Below, one piece after another: positions 37,928-45,956 of a stretch of 64,000 bases of DNA. The notes under the pieces are model-generated. The model did no database searches. It was not told the DNA's origin and saw only the letters and a program-made list of their open reading frames with translations. Both the position numbers and the translations under genes were made by a program. The stretch covers positions 56,901-120,900 of the forward strand of contig JAGDZV010000005.1 of the NCBI GenBank assembly GCA_049115495.1. Direction: 5' to 3'. Source of the DNA: Bacteroidia bacterium (lineage in GTDB: Bacteria; Bacteroidota; Bacteroidia; CAILMK01; JACPUW01). The number at the start of each line of letters is the position of its first letter. The stretch's first letter is position 1.

Positions 37928-38815
37928 ATGAAAAAACTAACTCATCTAATTCTATGTTTCACGCTATTTCAAGTAGTTAATGGTCAAAGCCCTTATTTCA
38001 ATAATTTTTATACTGCGGCAACTTATACTAATCCGTCTTTCGCAACTTTAAGTGAAACACCGCTTGCATCTTTTTCTTACAACAACAACATGAATTTGTG
38101 GACAGGAAATCTGCTACAAGTAATTAAGCCATTAAAGAAAGGGGCCTTATTTGGCTCTTTTTTAAATGATGCTTCTGGAAACCCTACTTCTGTTGTTTTT
38201 CGTGAATTTAATATTGGTTATGCACACAAACTTGAGATGAATGATTGGGTGATTTCTGCTGGTGCTGGATTTGTTGCAAATAGAACAAGAATAAATGTTC
38301 ATTTGCCAGGTGTTGATTCATCGTATTATGGAGCGGCATTTTTGCAAGGAAACTTGGGGCTGAGTTTAAAATACAAAGGAGTGCAATTGGGCTTTTCAAG
38401 TAAAAATATTCACTTATTACACTTAAATGAGTACCCAGTAAAAAGGCAACCGAGTTTAATAATGAGTTATAATTTCAGTTTGGTTCATAGGATTGATTTT
38501 TCAGATATAATTCAATTTAATTATGCCCTTGTATTTTCTAGGCACAGAGGGTTAACAAAAAATGATGCTTACGCGGCTCTACGGATAAAAAATTTAGATT
38601 TGGGCTCAGGGTTTCAATTTGTTTTGCCAGAAGGTGAAACATCAAATGGTGTAATACTTTATCCAAGGTTTTATGCCGGTTATAGCGTTAAAAAAATAAG
38701 ACTTACTTACAGCTACCTTGGTAGAAATAGTATGATTCCATGGCATGAGCACGAAATCGGTTTACAACTCGCCTTTAATACCAAAGGGAAAGAAGTAAGC
38801 TTTTTGCCTTTTTAA
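37928..38815 (+). CDS. PorP/SprF family T9SS outer-membrane beta-barrel (divergent)
   Basis: Signal peptide, Q.PYF..FY....YTNPSFA, alternating beta strands, YSY...HEHEIGL end. Confidence 0.78.
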   Translation: MKKLTHLILCFTLFQVVNGQSPYFNNFYTAATYTNPSFATLSETPLASFSYNNNMNLWTGNLLQVIKPLKKGALFGSFLNDASGNPTSVVFREFNIGYAHKLEMNDWVISAGAGFVANRTRINVHLPGVDSSYYGAAFLQGNLGLSLKYKGVQLGFSSKNIHLLHLNEYPVKRQPSLIMSYNFSLVHRIDFSDIIQFNYALVFSRHRGLTKNDAYAALRIKNLDLGSGFQFVLPEGETSNGVILYPRFYAGYSVKKIRLTYSYLGRNSMIPWHEHEIGLQLAFNTKGKEVSFLPF

Positions 38816-39288
38816 TTGATCCTTAATTGCCAACCACTACTAGAAATTACATAATTGCTATAGTGATTTTTATACTTTTTACTAATCAAATAGCCCAGGC
38901 CGCCTATGGGCAATCCTAACATAAGCAAATAAGTTTCTCCCATATCAACAGGATAAGTACCCATTAATAATAAGGCTGTAAAACCGGCTGTGGCCATTGA
39001 GAGTGTGCTTGCTCCATAGCATGTATTAGCCCCGCTTCTTTTGGCTCTTGAATTAATCATCACAATTTTTATATCGTCTATTGCAACTAGAGTATTAGAG
39101 ATTCGAATTGAATCCCGAAAACATTCAATTTTGCCTGTTATGGTGTCATCTTCATTAATTACAACCTTAATCAAATCATCTTTGCTAACCTTAATTACTT
39201 GCATGGTATCATGACTTAAAACATAGAGATTTTGACAAAATCCATTTTTAAATAAGGCTATGAAGAATACGAAAAAGTAGATTTTCAT
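38812..39288 (-). CDS. hypothetical membrane protein
   Basis: Signal peptide, small beta domain and two C-terminal hydrophobic helices. Confidence 0.65.
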   Translation of the reverse strand: MKIYFFVFFIALFKNGFCQNLYVLSHDTMQVIKVSKDDLIKVVINEDDTITGKIECFRDSIRISNTLVAIDDIKIVMINSRAKRSGANTCYGASTLSMATAGFTALLLMGTYPVDMGETYLLMLGLPIGGLGYLISKKYKNHYSNYVISSSGWQLRIN

Positions 39289-39291
39289 TAT

Positions 39292-39891
39292 TTATTCGTC
39301 AAGTATCTCAAAAACTTCATCAAGGTCTAACTCAAATCCTGGTAAAATCTCAGTTCTAATAAAATCGCCACGGGTTAAGAGCTTTGACGGTTGGTATTTG
39401 CCGTTTACCAAGGTGTAAACCATAAAACTTTCGTTTTCAATATTTACAATCCAATATTCTTTTACACCTGACTCTTCGTAAACTTCGTATTTGTTTTGAA
39501 GTTCTTTTTTTGAGTTGCCCTTTGAGAGTATTTCAATAACAATATCAGGTGCGCCTATGCAGCCTAAATCATCAAGCTTTTCCTTATCACATATTACACA
39601 AATGTCAGGCTGTACCACGGTAAAGATTTTATCGTTCTTTTTTGACTTAAGTGGAAGCCTTACATCAAATGGGGCTTCGTAAACTTCGCATTTATGACCA
39701 TATAGGAAATTGTATATTTTATTAAAAATTATTCCAGACGCCTTCTGATGAAAACGCTTTGGAGCGGGACTCATCTTAAACAGTTTACCTTTTATAATCT
39801 CAAATCGTTCTTGAATGGTCCAAGTTAAATAGTCGGCATAGCTGTAGGGGCCACCGTAGGTTACATCTGGTTCTTTTACCTCGTTTTCCAT
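39292..39891 (-). CDS. Uma2 family (DUF820) endonuclease-fold protein
   Basis: YSYADYLTW, ER.EII.G, MSPAP..H, VQPDICVICD, GAPD.VIEILS, YEE.GVKEYWIV. Confidence 0.93.
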   Translation of the reverse strand: MENEVKEPDVTYGGPYSYADYLTWTIQERFEIIKGKLFKMSPAPKRFHQKASGIIFNKIYNFLYGHKCEVYEAPFDVRLPLKSKKNDKIFTVVQPDICVICDKEKLDDLGCIGAPDIVIEILSKGNSKKELQNKYEVYEESGVKEYWIVNIENESFMVYTLVNGKYQPSKLLTRGDFIRTEILPGFELDLDEVFEILDE

Positions 39892-39982
39892 TAAACCAAA
39901 TTTAAGAATTTAACTCTATAGCTTATAGTTTAAACCCAGAGCTATTGAACATTAAAACAATTTCATAACCTTTGAATAACAC

Positions 39983-40267
39983 TTGAAGCCAAAATTTTTG
40001 AAAATTCAAAAACGTAAAACGCAAGCTGACAAGCCGCGAGAAACTGAAAAACCCAAGGCTCAAAAGCAAGATCCTATGCATGGGGTTAAGCTTAAGGATA
40101 TATTAGAATATTTGGTGGCTCAGTACGGTTGGCGAGAAATGGGTAAGCGAATAGATATTAGATGTTTCAAATTTGATCCGTCAATAAAATCGAGCCTTCA
40201 TTTCTTGCGAAGAACGCCTTGGGCGAGGGAAAAGGTTGAAGAGTGGTATAGGAGTGATAAAAGCTAA
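39983..40267 (+). CDS. VF530 family (DUF2132) DNA-binding protein
   Basis: DP.HGVKL..ILE.LV..YGW, I.CF..DPSIKSSL.FLR.TPWAREKVE. Confidence 0.9.
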   Translation: MKPKFLKIQKRKTQADKPRETEKPKAQKQDPMHGVKLKDILEYLVAQYGWREMGKRIDIRCFKFDPSIKSSLHFLRRTPWAREKVEEWYRSDKS

Positions 40268-41490
40268 TTTGGGTAATAAATGCAATCGTATATCCATTGT
40301 GGCCTTCCTTTATCACTTAGATTATTATGCTTCCATAATATTTGATTGTTTTTAAGATTAACCAATATCGCTTGACCTGGGACAGAATAAGTGACTAATA
40401 ATAAGGAATCATTAATTGACTGCTGTCGTCCCATCCAGTTGGTAAAATTTGACTCCCCAGAGTCTGATTTGTGAAAAATAGTTGAATAATGGTCACTGTT
40501 TACATCTAGCTTTACAACTCTACTTGAACGTTGTTTAAGAGTAGGATTTGAAGTGAAGCAATTATCGAAAATTGAAACTTCGTTTCCCGATAAAAAATCA
40601 GGATCGTGTTGGGATTGAAAGCCGCCTTGTAATAAATGAGTTATTTTGTTTTTAGCAATATTTAAAACCAAAACCATATGCAGATTTTTTACTGAAATCA
40701 AAATATCATCTTTTGAAAAAAGACCAGCTGAGTCACTTAAGGTATATGGCTCTACATCATTAATATGGAATGGGTCCCAAATATTTTTGGAGTTTGGAAA
40801 TGCATGACCAGATTTACCATTACTAAGAAATAACTCCCTAATAGACCATTTTTTAATTATTTCACCATTTTGAAGAGTCAAATTGATTATGTTTTCGTCA
40901 CCCCAACATTCTTCCTTAAAAGCTGATTTTTCAAAAAAATTACCACCACAAACCCATATTGAACTATCTAAACCCATATTAATAGAATGATGGGTGAAAA
41001 TTCCTCTTGTCCATAAAATAGAGTCGTTTTTATCCAGACAAACCATGCCTTCATATTCTATATTAAAAATCAACCTACCATTATTAAGAAGGACTATCCC
41101 GTTTATTAACGGGTTAGCGTATTTATGTGTTGGTTTAAATCTATCGCGATCTTTATCCTCCTTAAATAATTTCCTATATTTCGTGAAGTCCACTTGTACT
41201 TCTCTTAAAAGCTCTCCTGATGTTGAATAAACCCTAATAAAACTATTGTTCTCTTTATCTCTTTCTGCAAAAACAAGTTTGCCATTTACCACGAAATTAC
41301 CTTCAAACTTTTGGTCCTTTCCTCTTTGATTAATAATTAGAGAGCCAAGTTCAGAAGCAGCTCTAATTCCGTTTTCTATGTGATTTTTGGGAAACATGCC
41401 CCATTTATTAACAGCATATCCAAGAATAAAAAAGCTTGTTACAAGTAAAAAGTATTTGAAAATTTTGTATAAAAATTTTGACGTATTCAA
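40264..41490 (-). CDS. arylsulfotransferase (ASST)-like beta-propeller protein
   Basis: THHSI, DPFHINDVEP, ILIS.KN, QHDPDF, IFDN motifs and an N-terminal TM. Visibly AT-rich. Confidence 0.8.
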   Translation of the reverse strand: MNTSKFLYKIFKYFLLVTSFFILGYAVNKWGMFPKNHIENGIRAASELGSLIINQRGKDQKFEGNFVVNGKLVFAERDKENNSFIRVYSTSGELLREVQVDFTKYRKLFKEDKDRDRFKPTHKYANPLINGIVLLNNGRLIFNIEYEGMVCLDKNDSILWTRGIFTHHSINMGLDSSIWVCGGNFFEKSAFKEECWGDENIINLTLQNGEIIKKWSIRELFLSNGKSGHAFPNSKNIWDPFHINDVEPYTLSDSAGLFSKDDILISVKNLHMVLVLNIAKNKITHLLQGGFQSQHDPDFLSGNEVSIFDNCFTSNPTLKQRSSRVVKLDVNSDHYSTIFHKSDSGESNFTNWMGRQQSINDSLLLVTYSVPGQAILVNLKNNQILWKHNNLSDKGRPQWIYDCIYYPN

Positions 41491-41722
41491 ATCGAACTAG
41501 TACTTTTTTAGCGAAATTACGCCTTTAGAATCCTAATGTAAATAGAATCTCTCTTTGTGGCAAAGTGCTATTTGGTTTGGTATAAAAACTCTATTCAGTT
41601 GAACGGCTTTTTTTTATTGATTTATTAACCAATCTGATTTGCGAAAAGATGCTGGGTTAAGTGTTTAAGGTCAATTATTTTCACTTGAAATTAACCTAAC
41701 GGAAATGAACAATATAGGGGTT

Positions 41723-41758
41723 GCGGCGGCTCATAATTGGGTTGCCGTTCTCTTTTTT
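41723..41758 (+). terminator. plus-strand intrinsic terminator with no plus-strand gene upstream
   Basis: GCGGCGGCTCA-taat-TGGGTTGCCGT-TCTCTTTTTT. Four G-U pairs make the stem plus-strand specific. Confidence 0.6.
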
Positions 41759-42911
41759 AATCAAACCAACCTCGAAATCTTTCTGGTGTTTTTGCTACAC
41801 CGTAATTTCTACTATAACCAAAACCTGAAAACCCAATTGAAAAGGTTAAAAGCCTTGGCTGATAATAATCGAAATAGTTGGCAACAGTATAATCTACTTT
41901 AAACCTAAGGTTTACATGGTAATGTTGGTTGTCTTTAAGCTCGGGGGCGAACATATCCCAGTCAAAAGCAATTGATGGGGTGTAAGACCACGTCCAAAAT
42001 AGTGGTCTGGTTGCAAACTGTAAATACGACCCACCACCTGCCACATAGAAACTCATTCCAAACCGAGTAGTTTGGAATATTCTTCTTCCTAAATATAGCT
42101 GTAAGTCACCTTGGGTAATATAGGCTTCTTCGCTAGGCATGTTTAACCCCATTTTTTGTATAAGAACAGGCGTTGCAGTGTTGCCATTTGCACCTAATCT
42201 CATTCCAGCCGAGTTCTTTTTGTACACTCCACCAGCAATCATTGAAAAGTGAATATTTAAGGGGTATTTTACATATAAAGGAGTGGCAGGAACCCATGAA
42301 GCCGTGCCTAGTTGTAAATCAAATTCACCACCAAAGTCTGACTTAATATTTAAGGCATATTTATTATAATCTCTGTAAACTTTAAATAGGCTGTCAACTT
42401 TGTTTCTCCAAAAAGGTCTAAAGTTAACTCTGCCTCTGCCATTATAGTCTTGAGCCAGTTTTTCTGTTATAAAATTATACCAATCAAAAGCACGTTCTAT
42501 AACAATCCGCGCCTTTTCAGCATCGTATTTCCCACCACTTTTTGTAATTGAGTCAAGTTTGTATCTTGCCTTTCTAGCCCCTAATTCGTATAAATTAAAA
42601 GTGTGGTTTATGCGTTCTAAATTATCGGTGGTTTTAGCTTCAGGTTGAACATAGCTAGACGCTTTATTTAAGTAAATGGTAATCTGTATTTTCGGATTTT
42701 CACCTTTTTTGCCGCCAAGATTAGAAACGGTTTTCCAAGAGTTTAAACTCCAATCGTAACCCTTGCCAGTAGGGTCTTCTAAAAAGTGATTCCAAGTTAG
42801 TTTTAAACCCCATTTCCAACGTACGGTATCTGATTGGGCTGATACGGCGGTTGTAAGCAAAAGCAGTATTGAAACAATTAGAATCGTGAGTTTACTATTA
42901 ATATGCATCAT
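41757..42911 (-). CDS. DUF922-like N-terminal domain fused to a putative outer-membrane beta-barrel (paralog 2)
   Basis: Signal peptide from M42911; W....KLTW..F...P and HTFNLYELGARKAR; C-terminal amphipathic beta strands. Confidence 0.65.
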   Translation of the reverse strand: MMHINSKLTILIVSILLLLTTAVSAQSDTVRWKWGLKLTWNHFLEDPTGKGYDWSLNSWKTVSNLGGKKGENPKIQITIYLNKASSYVQPEAKTTDNLERINHTFNLYELGARKARYKLDSITKSGGKYDAEKARIVIERAFDWYNFITEKLAQDYNGRGRVNFRPFWRNKVDSLFKVYRDYNKYALNIKSDFGGEFDLQLGTASWVPATPLYVKYPLNIHFSMIAGGVYKKNSAGMRLGANGNTATPVLIQKMGLNMPSEEAYITQGDLQLYLGRRIFQTTRFGMSFYVAGGGSYLQFATRPLFWTWSYTPSIAFDWDMFAPELKDNQHYHVNLRFKVDYTVANYFDYYQPRLLTFSIGFSGFGYSRNYGVAKTPERFRGWFD

Positions 42912-42918
42912 TTGTATT

Positions 42919-43584
42919 CTAACCGTTTTTGGTAGAAATGTAGATTTCATGACCATATTTAGGTGAAACAATTTTTATTTCTTTTTTATGTCTGTTTTGA
43001 ATTATGACCTTTAATTCTTTTTGATACATGGTTTCGTTTTCGCGTTTGTAGATTTCCTGATTTTCACCTTCACATAATTCATATTCCTTTTTTATGATCA
43101 TTTTACCAGTTGATAAATTATAATCTATGTCCTTCCAGTATTCACAAATTTTTCCTGATTTACTGGTGTAACCAATTAAATAGAATTCATCATTTTGATA
43201 ACGGTATTTGTCAGTAAACCCCCATTTCCAGCTGCTACCCCCCGATTGTGAAATCAAAAGAATACCATTAATAATTTCAATCTTTCCAAAAGGGTCACCC
43301 ATCATTCCACCATCTCTACTACCATAAAGCGCTTGCTCAGACCTTTTCCATTCAATCCATTTATCATTTTTCAGCTTGTAAATAACCAATAAGCGTTGTA
43401 CACCTTCATATTTAGTTTCTTTACCAACGTTGTAAGCTACTACTAGCTCGCTCACCTTGTCTTTATTCAGATCACCAACTATCGAATCAACTAAGTATAG
43501 ACCATGAGGGATTGCTAGTGTTTGACCAAAAGATCCTTTGGCCAAGGAAAATGCAATTAAAGTTATTAAAAGTGATATTCTCAT
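42919..43584 (-). CDS. secreted hypothetical protein
   Basis: Signal peptide; GDLNKD, GGMMGDPF, GGSSWKW, YRYQN..FYLIGY motifs of a widespread unnamed periplasmic family. Confidence 0.75.
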   Translation of the reverse strand: MRISLLITLIAFSLAKGSFGQTLAIPHGLYLVDSIVGDLNKDKVSELVVAYNVGKETKYEGVQRLLVIYKLKNDKWIEWKRSEQALYGSRDGGMMGDPFGKIEIINGILLISQSGGSSWKWGFTDKYRYQNDEFYLIGYTSKSGKICEYWKDIDYNLSTGKMIIKKEYELCEGENQEIYKRENETMYQKELKVIIQNRHKKEIKIVSPKYGHEIYISTKNG

Positions 43585-43585
43585 T

Positions 43586-44713
43586 TTACCTAAATCTCAT
43601 TGGTGTATTGGCTCTATTATACCTTGTTGAATAACCATGAGAACCAAGTCCCAAGGTTATTATAAAAAGTTCTTGATTATAGAAATAGGTAAAATTGGCT
43701 CTAGTGTACTCTAATTTGAGTCTAAGGTTTAGTTCCATATAGGGTACATTGGGTTTGCTTTTGTCAAAAGCATGAAAATCAAAAACTACTCCTGCACCAT
43801 ATCCAAGCGTTCTTGTGGTTGCATAGTTTATTGAACCTACCGAAGATAAGCCACCCATGAGTTGCGTTGAAAAACTCAACCTATTCCCTTCAAATAACCT
43901 TCTACACCAGTAGAGATGTAGATCAGTTGTGCTTAATTGATCAGGCTCATCAAGCTCAAAGTTAAGTCTATGTTTAAGCTCGGGATATGCCATATTATTG
44001 GCTACCGATAGTTTAAGCCCTATAGTTGACCTTTTAAGAACTAATCCAGAGAAAAATGCACCGCATACAGCAGCACTGTTTTGCACTAGTTGATCATTTC
44101 GGTTAAGCCAAAAGGCAGGACCCGCATCCATATAAAATTCAAACCCAACATTGCCCGTAGGTGCCTTAATATATCTGTTGTATTCCTTGTAAACCCTAAA
44201 AAGGCTATCAATTTTACGCTCCCATTTTGCAACCTGACCTGTGCGTCTTGAGTTGTTATAGTCAGCATACATTTTATCGGTCATTCTATCATACCAATCA
44301 AATGCAAGCTCAATGTAATCTTTGGCATCGCTGTAATAATATGAGCCGCCAGATGTTACTACAGAATCTAGAAAAAACCTGGCTTTTCTGGCGCCCAATT
44401 CGAATAGGTCAAAGCGGTTTTGAAGTTTCAGAAGGTTCTCTGTTGTTTTCCATGAATCATGGGCCCATGAAATGTTTCGCTCAAAGTAAACGAGCACATT
44501 TATTTGCGGATTAAGGTGTTCGTCAGATCCGCTAAGATCTCTATAAGAATAACGCATGCTCATGCTGTGGGTTAGGGATTGATATGCTGAGGGTTCAGCT
44601 TTAAAATCGTCCCAAGTAAGTTGTTTATTCCATTGCCAGGTAAGGGTGTCAGTTTCAGCATATGCACCCATGCATAGGTAAATTGTAGGTATAAGTAGGA
44701 GTAATTTTTTCAA
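43586..44713 (-). CDS. DUF922-like N-terminal domain fused to a putative outer-membrane beta-barrel (paralog 1)
   Basis: Likely TTG start at 44713 (LKKLLLLIP signal peptide); WQWNKQLTWDDFKAEP, SW, NRFDLFELGARKAR; beta-rich C-terminus. Confidence 0.65.
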   Translation of the reverse strand: MKKLLLLIPTIYLCMGAYAETDTLTWQWNKQLTWDDFKAEPSAYQSLTHSMSMRYSYRDLSGSDEHLNPQINVLVYFERNISWAHDSWKTTENLLKLQNRFDLFELGARKARFFLDSVVTSGGSYYYSDAKDYIELAFDWYDRMTDKMYADYNNSRRTGQVAKWERKIDSLFRVYKEYNRYIKAPTGNVGFEFYMDAGPAFWLNRNDQLVQNSAAVCGAFFSGLVLKRSTIGLKLSVANNMAYPELKHRLNFELDEPDQLSTTDLHLYWCRRLFEGNRLSFSTQLMGGLSSVGSINYATTRTLGYGAGVVFDFHAFDKSKPNVPYMELNLRLKLEYTRANFTYFYNQELFIITLGLGSHGYSTRYNRANTPMRFR

Positions 44714-44900
44714 AAAAGCACAATAATTTACTGCAATGTAAAAAGAGAAATTTGATCTTAGAAATAAACCAATTGTAATGAGCACATTGGGCACTCACTT
44801 GATAGGTAACGGCACAATTTCCATTCTACGTTATTGTTGTGTTTACCCGCAATCTGTTGATTTTTAAGGAAATAACGATAATATTTCAAATGAACAAGAA

Positions 44901-45022
44901 GCTGTCTATAAAGTCATACATCATTCCAAACTTGATTTGGAATCTGCTTGTACGTGTTGCATTTCAACTTTCAAGATCCTGAATCAAGTTCAGGTTGACG
45001 TTTTTTCATCTTTTTAGACAGC
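44901..45022. repeat. family A palindromic element with outer inverted repeat
   Basis: CATCATTCCAAACTTGATTTGGAATCT ... AGATCCTGAATCAAGTTCAGGTTGACG (44919-45000) within GCTGTCTA / TAGACAGC. Confidence 0.75.
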
Positions 45023-45041
45023 ATCGTCATAAAACTGGTGG

Positions 45042-45953
45042 CTAATTCTTATCACTTACCTTAAACAAGATATCGCGTTCTCTTTTGCTTAAGCTATCGT
45101 ATCCGCTTTTTGAAATCTTGTCTAAAATGGCATCAATTTCTTCTTGACTCACGGCATTGCTAAACGAGCTTTGACTTTTGCCACTAGATGCTTTGCCTGA
45201 TGGGTTGCTATGAACCTTGAATTTTGATTTTTCTTTCGGTTTAAAAAAGGCCAACACAGCTTGATTAAACCTTGAGATCCAAGCGCCAAAATCATTTCCA
45301 TTTTTGAGTTGAGTTACAAATAAGTAACCTGTTAATCCACCGGCTAAATGCGCTATTCTACCTCCAGTGTTTTCAGCAATAAATATTAGGTCTCCAACCA
45401 CAAAAAATGCTGCTATCATCCAAATTTTAACATCGCCAAAAAATAATAATCTAATGCTATAAAGCGGGTTTAGTGTTGTTGCTGCTAAAATGAACCCGGT
45501 TACGGCGCCTGATGCACCAACCAAGCGGTTTTCAGGACTCATGGTGGGTAGTATATTGGCTGCTATCATAAATGATAAACCACCAACTAAGCCAGAAAGT
45601 ACGTAGAGCTGAATAGACCTTTGATTACCCATTAGTGAATGAAAAATTCTACCAAACCACCAAAGAAAAAGCATATTCCAAAGTATGTGTCTAATACTAA
45701 AGCTATGCAAAAAAAAGTGTGTTACGAGGGTCCAAGGCCGGGTAAGAAGTGTAAGAAAGTCTCCGGGTAAAAACATCCACTCTCCAAAACCTTCGTAGGC
45801 ATTTTGCATACCGTTTACGCCAAAAAGCCCAACCAGCCCTACTGGAATGGCCATGCCCAAAAAAGCCACTACATTAATGGCTATTAGGTGAATCAAAGAG
45901 TTTTGGCTCCCAATTATTCTAAATTTTATATCGTTCCAAATGGTCTGTCTCAT
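45042..45953 (-). CDS. rhomboid protease with C-terminal DUF6576-like domain
   Basis: RPWTL.TH.FLH, HILWNML, GASG, AHLAGG; C-terminal EIDAILDKISKSGYDSLSK.E...L. Confidence 0.92.
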   Translation of the reverse strand: MRQTIWNDIKFRIIGSQNSLIHLIAINVVAFLGMAIPVGLVGLFGVNGMQNAYEGFGEWMFLPGDFLTLLTRPWTLVTHFFLHSFSIRHILWNMLFLWWFGRIFHSLMGNQRSIQLYVLSGLVGGLSFMIAANILPTMSPENRLVGASGAVTGFILAATTLNPLYSIRLLFFGDVKIWMIAAFFVVGDLIFIAENTGGRIAHLAGGLTGYLFVTQLKNGNDFGAWISRFNQAVLAFFKPKEKSKFKVHSNPSGKASSGKSQSSFSNAVSQEEIDAILDKISKSGYDSLSKRERDILFKVSDKN

Positions 45954-45956
45954 TTC

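Noticed and set aside
39292-39891. Uma2 nuclease as an anti-phage defence system
   Set aside because: A common stand-alone family, with no methylase or other defence genes adjacent.
41705-41902. 65 aa plus-strand ORF
   Set aside because: It crosses the terminator hairpin and lies antisense to a real gene.
38812-44713. Integron cassette array
   Set aside because: Gaps are mostly 1-7 bp or overlaps, with no attC-like sites and no integrase.
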